A stretch of DNA of 61,968 nucleotides, counting the filler, from Mitosporidium daphniae (Eukaryota): NCBI RefSeq assembly GCF_000760515.2. It is 3 parts of 3 records of this genome, joined end to end, with 100 filler letters (N's around TTAATTAATTAA, not from the genome) between each part and the next. Parts side by side here need not be neighbours in the genome. Positions count along the whole stretch, not along the records: positions 41,734 to 61,968 come from NW_013546134.1; 2 more parts are not named here. One strand, given 5' to 3'. Under the pieces are notes generated by a model. It was given only the letters and a program-made list of their open reading frames with translations. It was not told where the DNA came from and searched no databases. Each line of letters begins with the position of its first letter. Within the stretch, counting starts at the first letter, position 1. Position numbers and translations under genes: made by a program. This document shows, piece by piece, positions 53,830 through 61,968 of the stretch.

Positions 53830-55852
53830 TTAACATAAAAATTTGAACTTTAAACCTTGGTTTATGAATGCCGACAATAGAGCATTTACTTTGGACGCGA
53901 CAAACTAAACGGTAAGTTTGATAGCGCATACTGTTTTCAAAAACTTTTGAAGTTGTTTTTTGTCTGATTTGATATCCAGGGGAAGTGGGAGAATTTCTTG
54001 AAAAATAATGTCCGGGAGGATCTTGAGCGAAAATTGAAGAATTTCTTTAAGCTTGGGGTATCTCCACAAAAACCACTCCCTTAAAGACTGCTGGACTGTA
54101 CAATACGAAGCTTTCTAGCGATCAAAAAGAAATCCTACCGTCATAATGGATGAGTCGACTACCGGGGTAACAACTCTGGACGGCCTAACATTGATGCCCG
54201 GCGATGTGGCTGCCACATCGGTAGGCAAGTGAACTAATGTTGGTAGAGCAGAGTTTCTTAGCTCCGTAAACAGTTGTCTTGAACTGGGAATTTCAAACAA
54301 AATAAAGTTCGGACCCCATACAAGAAGCGAAGACTCGATTATTGGTGTTTGCAGAGGTTGAGGATGGTGTTTTTGATCTTGGCTGGGAATTTTCAATTTA
54401 AGAAGCTTAAAGAAATCATCAACCCAAAACAATATAATCACGGAGAGTTGCGTCGAGCTGATCAATGAATTTAACAGAAATGTCCGAAATTTAGGTAGAA
54501 AGCCAACAACAGAGTCAATGCAGCAAGAATATTCGAAATGTTCCATGAATCCCCGAAAAAACGATACTATAAACGCACCGCCACCGAAAAGATTGGCTGG
54601 TGTGGAATTGAAAATCCTGCCATTTTCAATCGCAAGCATCTTTTCAAAGGGTGACAACGAGAGCGCAGTGACCGTGGGCGTATAGTATTGAAATTTCTTT
54701 TTGTAAAAAGAATTTAGAAGCTAGGAATAAGTTTGCTGAAAGTGCAATACCTTTCCAAGAAGAAAAGCTTGGGCTAAATTGACCTGCCATTCACCATCCA
54801 AAATAAGAGCAGGATCCGAGACGTTGGGGCGAATAAGGCTACCCGCCAAATTTGAGCATTCAATAGTTATGTTTTCCTCGACCGCCGACCAAAAGGCAAA
54901 TGACTCGATTGTGCCGATCGACTTTAAAAAGAGTTCGCTGATAAGAAAAGAACTTGAGGGCGAATCTGTGAATCTTTTTTCTAGTTTCTGAAGCTTTTCT
55001 GCCGACGCAGATAAACTACTTGCCTCTTCCTTGCTATTTAGCCGAGGAAAAAAATCCTTAATGGACGAGATTAAATATTGCTTTACAAATAGCTTGGCAA
55101 ACCAAAAAATATTTTCGGGCTCAACGCAAGACCACAAATCAAAAAGCTAAGTTTTTAGTTAAAAGCAGTTACATCGAAACAGGTGGGGTCATCGGTTTCC
55201 AAAATAAAGGAATTGCACGGGGCAGAGTGAATCACGGGCTTTTCAAATTTATCCATCACTCGCTCATAGAATAGATCCCTAATCTTCTGCTTATTGCGGA
55301 ACAAGATTAGGTCTCGCTTGCTTTTTGAAGAAATAAACCTGTAGGAGTCTGAAATTATGAAAAAATCTTACCTTCAAAGTCCTCAAAAGGAATACTAAGT
55401 CTCAGCGTGGATAGACGACTACTGATTCCACGGGTATTCTGCGAAAAAGAGCAAAGAGAAGGCGCAAAAGCTTCCAATCTAAATAAATAAAAATGGCAGC
55501 CACAAGCATACGTCTTATTGCAATATTGGATTATGAAATCCGACCCAATCAATGCGACCAGCAATCCGGATAACCTCTCACAAAGTATGGCACCAAAGAT
55601 GGACTTTTCACTTGTAAATGAGGATAAATATTTTTCAAAAGAAGCCAAAAATAGCCCCTTCATATGAATAGAGAAAATCCCACAGTCAAAGCCAAGAGGG
55701 AAAATTGCAAATAAAAATGGCAATAAACAGACTTCATCAACAGGATATTCCGAAATTGCCTGCAATAAATAAGATTCACAGGCCTTGTTGCTTTCGATAA
55801 GGAACTCTGCATTTTGAGATAGCTTAATAGCGGAATCGGAAGCAATGGACAT
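53830..55852 (-). CDS. CDAN1: Codanin-1-like protein, multi-exon (3' end uncertain: 53830 or 53623)
   Basis: Ordered motifs LEAFAPSL, FRNKQKIRDLFYE, NIFWFAKLFVKQYL, EKLQKLEKRF, LFTELR..RVVTP, QQSLREWFLWRYPKLKEILQF parallel recalled codanin-1 motifs (LLCFSPAL, FKKQRDVFYE, HFARLF.KQLL, RL..LQERL, ELRKLL..RKITP, QLAQAFF..QP..L). Confidence 0.65.
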
Positions 55853-55947
55853 ATTTGAGGGCCGGATTGTAAATTTTAAATTTTACCCTACAAAGTGCCC
55901 GAAATTATGTTACCTACTTTAGGCAGATTAATTAAATTTTCCATTTT

Positions 55948-58102
55948 ATGTCTATATTATGGTTCAGACTTTCCTCGTGTCCCTCGCCTCTGCGAAAAGG
56001 CAAGATATTCACAATGGAAGCAAGAAATCTTTCAATATTTTCTTTTCTATCAAAAAATAGTGCTTTAAAGGCAGAATTGGTTGCCAATTCGTTTCCAAGA
56101 GATCCGGACAAACAGGCATATGCTTATAAGCTCTTATTGAACGTCGATCCTAACCGCGTTATCCAGAGATACGAGTCAAAGAAATATGCCCAAAATTCTA
56201 CATGTACAAATTTTTATCTTTCAGCGCTGTCCCAAACGGGAAACCTGAATAGACTTTCTCCTTTGATCGAGAGAAAGCAAGAGATAAAGTCTCCCGCGAC
56301 TGCACCATCAGACAAAAAGTCCACTGAAAAATTGAATAAGCCAAAATCAACACGCAGGTCACAACCTGCGTTTCCTCTCTCCTCGCCATTATCAGCAATC
56401 AATTTTAAATTGGGAACGAAAGATTTTCCCTTGGTGGTGAAGCCCATAGGCCCATTCGCTGGAAATAGGAATCGTGGTGGAATTTTTAGACGTTTATTTT
56501 CCATTCTCTCAAATATGGCGCTAATTGGAGCAGTTGGGTACTTGATTTTTTCCTACTCTAACAACCAAAAGTTTGCCGGAATGTCCATGAAGGTCCATCA
56601 ATTTTTCAAGCAGGATTCAACTGGGAAAGCTGTCACTTTTTCCGATGTTCAAGGCTGCGATGAAGCGAAAGAAGAACTTGAAGAAATCGTTGCTTTCCTA
56701 AAAAATCCAGAGCGTTTCAACAAACTAGGTGCGCATTTACCCAAAGGGGTTTTACTGGTTGGGCCTCCAGGAACCGGAAAAACATTACTTGCTCGCGCAG
56801 TTGCTGGTGAGGCAAACGTTCCCTTTATTTATGCCTCTGGGGCTGAATTTGATGAGTTGTTTGTTGGGATGGGCTCACTTCGCATTCGTCAAATGTTTGA
56901 AAATGCCAAAGAACAGGCCCCTGCAATAATTTTTATTGACGAAATTGATGCAATTGGATCGAAGCGGAATCCAAGGGATCCCCAACATGCCAGAATGTCA
57001 CTTAATCAGCTCCTAGTGGAGTTAGATGGCTTCACAGAGGCAAAAGGCGTCATTGTAATTGGGGCAACGAATTTCCCAGAAACATTAGACAAAGCCCTTC
57101 TTCGGCCTGGGCGTTTTGATAGGCACGTATATGTCCCTTTACCGGATGTCAGGGGTCGAATGCAAATTCTAAACTTATACTTGAAAGATGTGCCCACTGA
57201 TGAGCAGAGCAAGGTGGATGTCAGTGTACTTGCCCGGGGAACACCTGGATTCTCAGGAGCAGATCTTTCTAAAATGGTCAACCAGGCAAAGATTCTGGCT
57301 TCAAAGCAAGGCCATTCTTCGATATCTATGTCCATCCTAGAAGCGGCAAAGGATGAAATGCTGATGGGGCAAGAGCGCAGATCTGCCGTCATTGAAGAGA
57401 AAATCAGGCGCCTTACGGCATATCATGAAGGAGGACATGCTATCATTGCACTTTGGACTCCATATGCACTGCCAATTCACAAGGCCACGATTATGCCACG
57501 AGGCCAGAGCCTTGGGCTCGTATCTCAACTTCCGGATGGTGACCAGCTCTCTTTGAGCAAAGCAGAGCTTTTGTCTAATTTGGACGTGAGTATGGGCGGC
57601 CGCATGGCCGAAGAGCTCATTTTTGGAAGCGAAAATGTAACTACTGGGGCATCTTCTGATTTTTCCAACGCTACAAAAGTTGCAAGGGCTATGGTCAGCA
57701 AGTACGGCATGTCCGAAAAGGTATTCTTCAAAAGCTTATGTTTAGATTGGCCCATTAGCGATTACCTCTGACTATGAATATGACCGATTGGGCGAAGACC
57801 TCAAAATGGCAATTGATTCTGAAACCAGAAGAATACTTGAAGAGTCACAGCAAAGGGCGAGGCTAATTTTAACAAAAAACATCGGGCATTTACATACCCT
57901 TGCTGCTGCGTTGCTAGAACAAGAGACGATGAGCAAAGATCAGATAATCGAATTATTAGAGAAAAATGGTGCCATAATTCCAAATTCACTACGTGGATCC
58001 AGTTGCAACAAGGCAAGCCATCCTTCCATAGGCGTGGGCGCAGGCACAACCGAAAGTCGCTTGAGCGTTTTTGATGCACAATCTTTATATTGTCACAACT
58101 AA
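55948..58102 (+). CDS. YME1: Mitochondrial i-AAA protease Yme1
   Basis: Single [40 protein letters not shown], Zn motif HEGGH, TTGASSD. Intron 57721-57745. Confidence 0.95.
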
Positions 58103-58574
58103 AATTCAACAGAACATAAAAGGATATTTAAATATAATTGGATTGGGCGTCTTCTAAATTATTAGGAATCATATTTCCGTGTTGAAAGGCATGCACAATA
58201 TCAGCTAGATACCTAACGCGCTGTATGTGTCTGCGAAAATTGCTTCTATTGCACCAATAACCAAATATGACCAATTTAGGACTAGGGTTGGGGTTCGATT
58301 TTGTGTTCACATTAGGGCTGGGTCTTTTCAAACTTTAAAATTTCATTTCAAGGTTGGGTGCGCACCATGCCAGGCCCGAAACAATATATGAATTCAAATT
58401 GTTCCAAAATCGGAGGGTATATTGTTCTCAAGCTACATTGCATAAATTAGATATTAAATCGTATAAAATAGCAGTAATGATGGGCACCTTTTTACACGGG
58501 CATGGACTTGAGCGAATATCTTGCCATTTTATAAAATTTAGGCTATGTTTAAATTTTTACAATCACCATCAAAT

Positions 58575-60362
58575 ATGTCATTAAACGAAGGGCTTACCCC
58601 ATTTGTTTTATGCCATTTTTCCGAAAATGTGCGCAGAAATCTTCCGGAAAAACTTGATGCTTTATTCTCGAAAAGAGTGATCCTGCAAAAGCCAGGTTTG
58701 TAGTGTTTACTTTATCATACAAGGTTTCAGTCAGCATGAGGGATCCAATCACCCCAAAATCGATGGTCAACATTGATTCTATTGAAGCGTCGTTCCTGAC
58801 GTTTCAAAATTTTGTGCATATGAATAGCGAAAAAAAAGCCTGGCTAGATTCCATCTTCAAAGAGTCGTTGGAGGGACACTTGACATCCGAATATTCAGTT
58901 GAGCAAGAAGCTTTGTCAAGTGCGTATTTATCTTTGCTTATTGTGTCATAGTCAATAATCTCCCATGGGTTTCTGATGTTTATGTAAATACAGCACAGAG
59001 AAGGATCGTCTCTAAAGAATCTTTTTTTAGTTTTCCCGTAGGAAGTAACAGTGTTCATGTTTATGTTGCATGTAGTACTTCTATTTTTGGCCGAAAGTGA
59101 CCTTAAAGTGGCTTTTGATTTTCAAGTCCTCAATTTGAAGGCTGAAATCTTTAATTTCATTTCTTCCACTTTGAATGGAATGCCTTATGATACGACGGAA
59201 CTTGCGCTTTTCACGAAATGCATCATCTTATCTGAAAAGAGCGTGGCGGATTCCGCAGAAACGCCATCTGCATTGTCAGCCGAGGATTTTTCTAAAACAA
59301 GGCGCCCCAACGACAATGAAACCATTGAAATTAGTAGATTAGAAACAGACCTAGAAATTGTTTATGCAAAAATCTTGAGTGAGCAAATAGTTCCTTGTCT
59401 TTTGAATTCAATATCTCAAATGAATATAGAGGTATTTCCGTTTTTTCACTGCAGGTTTCTGGATTTCGGAGAACGCTGGCCTCTCGGCTATTTTCTGCAT
59501 CCAAAAAAATATTTTCCCTATCTGATTCTGTGATTAATGCCACTAACAATGCCAGCAACAGTAGTGTTAGCCATTCTATAAATTATGATAACGAGTCAAC
59601 ACGGTAATTATTGCTTTTCGCCTATCCCATTAGACCAGAGCTTGTGATGAAAAGACTTGGAGATCGCTCTTTCATGTTGAGATTGTTTTCTTTAGCAATG
59701 TCATGCTATGACAGCATAAAAAAAGATTTTAACCTCCAAAAGTCCTCTCTTTTATATCTTTCGGCCTCGGTTTGTCCAACTGTTTTGACCACTTTAGGAG
59801 ATGTACTTGCTTTCTGAAATTGCTAGCGGGGTTGAACTATCTGAAGATGATAGGACATTTGAAGTCCTACAATCGACATATTTATCTTTTCAAACAAACC
59901 ATTCCATGATCAAATGGTATTTGATTTATTCTAGGCATTTATACTACCTATTGCAAAAAAATCTTTTGGTTGATGCCATCTCGACAATTCTTCGCGTATC
60001 GAACGACGTATGCATGGTAATACATTGTAACATCTAGTTTGTTTGTCCGCAAATTGTCTCTGCAGTCACTGCTGAAATTGCTGCAATCCTCTTTTTGTCG
60101 TCATTCAGTACACCGATGCATCGAAAGGCAACATATTACTTTGCAATTTCATCAAAAAGATTTTCCATTGCAAAGGGCCTTGTAATTTAGAATATCCTTT
60201 TTATCGTTTTAATAGGACCAGAATTTCTGCCAGCATCACAGCAGACGCACAAAAGTGCTCGCTCATCAACTACTTCGGGGGCATGGTTGGGACATGGTCA
60301 ATAAATGGTTTCTATCTTACCCTCAGCAATTCAACTTAAAATTTATAAAGTTAAAATTTAAA
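58575..60362 (+). CDS. TRS85: TRAPPIII subunit Trs85/TRAPPC8, multi-exon; no stop codon found before YRB1
   Basis: IVPCL...RRTLASRLFSASKKIF, PELVMKRLGDRSFML...CYDSIKKDF, SAVTAEIAA, RKATYYFAISSKRFSIA, LRGHGW match TRAPPC8 (LFSATKKWF, PELQIRKMAD.CF..YSCYHTAKKDF, SALLLEQAA, RKYAFHMILAGHRFSKA, YKGKGW). Confidence 0.8.
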
Positions 60363-61121
60363 ATGTCATCATCGGCCAAAGAGGATTGGCTGGCTCAAAC
60401 TCCAGAATCGAAACATTCTCTTGCCCCCGCACCGGAAGGCAATTTGCCTGAAAATAATCCATCCAAAGATGCAAATGTTTGGACTTACTTTTTCCAATAT
60501 CCTTTAGGAGAACGAAGATGGGGAAGTTGAGGAGTCTATCGATGTCCACTTTGAACCTGTTGTGAAGTTGGAAATCATCGAAACCAAATCCCTTGAAGAG
60601 GAAGAGACCGTTTTATACAAATCGTAAGCAATTTCAAATCATGACGAAATAGCCGCGCAAAGCTGTTCAGATATGACAAGCCAACCTCCCAGTGGAAGGA
60701 ACGAGGAACCGGCGATGTTAAGCTCCTACAGCATTCATCAACTGGAAAAATAAGAGTCTTGATGCGAAGAGATCAAACGCTAAAAATATGTGCTAATCAT
60801 TATAGTACCACTTAGCCTTTTATCCTTATTTTAGTATTGCCCCAAATGAAGCTAGTCCCCAATGTTGGATCGGATAGGTCATGGGTTTGGAGCACCCCTG
60901 CCGACGTCTCCGACGGCGAGCCAAATGCAGAGCTCCTTGCAATTAGATTTGGAACGCCTGAAATTGCTCAAACATTTAAGATCAAATTCGAAGAGGCTCA
61001 GCAGCTAAATACAACGACAGGCTCTTTAGAAAAAATCGAATCAAACAATGGAAAGGACAAAAATCCTGCCAATGAAAAAGAGTCGACATCCGCCGACGAT
61101 GCAAAGCCTAAAGAGGAATAA
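60363..61121 (+). CDS. YRB1: Ran-binding protein 1 (four exons)
   Basis: [71 protein letters not shown]. Introns 60477-60507, 60624-60652, 60805-60834. Confidence 0.95.
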
Positions 61122-61744
61122 AAAGCTTATATGCCAATAAGAGCGGTACCCAAAACTTTTCCAGAAGGAATCTCAAAATTAAGGCCCAAGTGAGGGCTAT
61201 GTTAACGCTTGAAGTTGAGACTGCTGTTTTATTTTGCATAAAACACGGTGAGAATGCATAAATAAACAAAGCGCTGTAAGACATCCCGACATATGGTTAG
61301 TAAATGTTATATGATAAAATTATAACAGCCCTTAGTTCTGATGGCTGCTGCTTATTTCTGTTATTAACTTTTGAATATAAACACATAGATAATTATCATC
61401 TGTTGCTGTTATCGATTTCAACACTATTATAGGTCGTTGTTTTGTTAGTAAGTTAGGTCGACGCATCTTGCACCAGCCGTCTCCGAGCTAATATAGCTGG
61501 TTATCCCGATAAGAGATTGTGCATTTATGTTTGATAGATCTATTTCAATCCTTTAAAGCATTTTGAAGCTAAAGAATTACTCGGCCAAATGCAAACACAA
61601 GTAGGATGACCTGGTGATTAATTTTCGGAGTTTAATAGACCATTTGGACAAGTATTGAATTTAATATTCCGATTGGATGCAAAATTTTCGGTGCAAAACA
61701 GTCTATAAAGCTCTAGAAACCTTTTCAGCAAACTTTCCACCAAA

Positions 61745-61968
61745 ATGAAGATTGGAACCCTTCTATTTCTCGTAGCTTTTATTGCTATTCTCGCTATCCC
61801 TTCCCTACAACTTGAAGAAGTAATTCAGCCAAAAAATGGTTCACAAACTCAAGTTCCGACTTTTAAAGTAACTGTACTACTTCCAGAAAATGCAGTACCT
61901 CCACAAGATCAACTGCCTCAACAAGATCAACTGTCTCAACAAGATCAACTGTCTCAACAAGATCAACT
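61745..61968 (+). CDS. Secreted tandem-repeat protein, 3' partial (not in ORF track)
   Basis: MKIGTLLFLVAFIAILAIPSLQ signal-peptide-like start, then QDQL(P/S)Q repeats; the frame is open to the window end. Confidence 0.75.
   Translation, partial: MKIGTLLFLVAFIAILAIPSLQLEEVIQPKNGSQTQVPTFKVTVLLPENAVPPQDQLPQQDQLSQQDQLSQQDQ
61904..61968 (+). repeat. 18-bp coding tandem repeat (at least 3.6 copies)
   Basis: caagatcaactg(c/t)ctcaa repeated to the end of the window. Confidence 0.92.

Noticed and set aside
58103..58574. Small gene between YME1 and TRS85 (MPGPKQYM.. vaguely Qcr8-like, or a minus-strand ORF)
   Set aside because: No splice model gave a convincing protein with the expected TM helix, so it is left unannotated.
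61904..61968. Possible CRISPR array (also repeats at 19949 and 50897)
   Set aside because: These are direct tandem repeats without unique spacers, with no cas genes and a eukaryotic context.

Overview
This is not prokaryotic DNA. It is a highly compacted eukaryotic (fungal-lineage) nuclear sequence made of three contigs (1-20993, 21094-41633, 41734-61968) joined by artificial 100-nt N44-TTAATTAATTAA-N44 linkers. About 35 genes are packed with intergenic gaps often only 20-60 bp, and they are split by many tiny (about 23-37 nt) GT-AG introns, so several real genes are absent from or unrecognisable in the ORF track (URM1, VMA9, a BolA gene, TRS85, NSL1, SDS22, a codanin-1-like gene). Compaction plus retained mitochondrial (uL11m, YME1) and peroxisomal (PEX2) genes suggests an early-diverging Rozellomycota or short-branch microsporidian such as a Mitosporidium-like organism (inference). 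The most interesting observations are: a TRS85 reading frame with no stop codon that runs in frame into YRB1; a BolA gene next to a two-finger GATA factor with an ATCAGATAA box between them; animal-type genes (MLL/Trithorax-like PHD-SET protein, codanin-1, TMEM94, KIF15); an intron splitting a start codon; a BOS1 SNARE lacking its Habc domain; an IDO-gamma-like dioxygenase; and several lineage-specific secreted or surface proteins. All gene identities come from motifs recognised by eye, with no database searches, and all splice models are manual.
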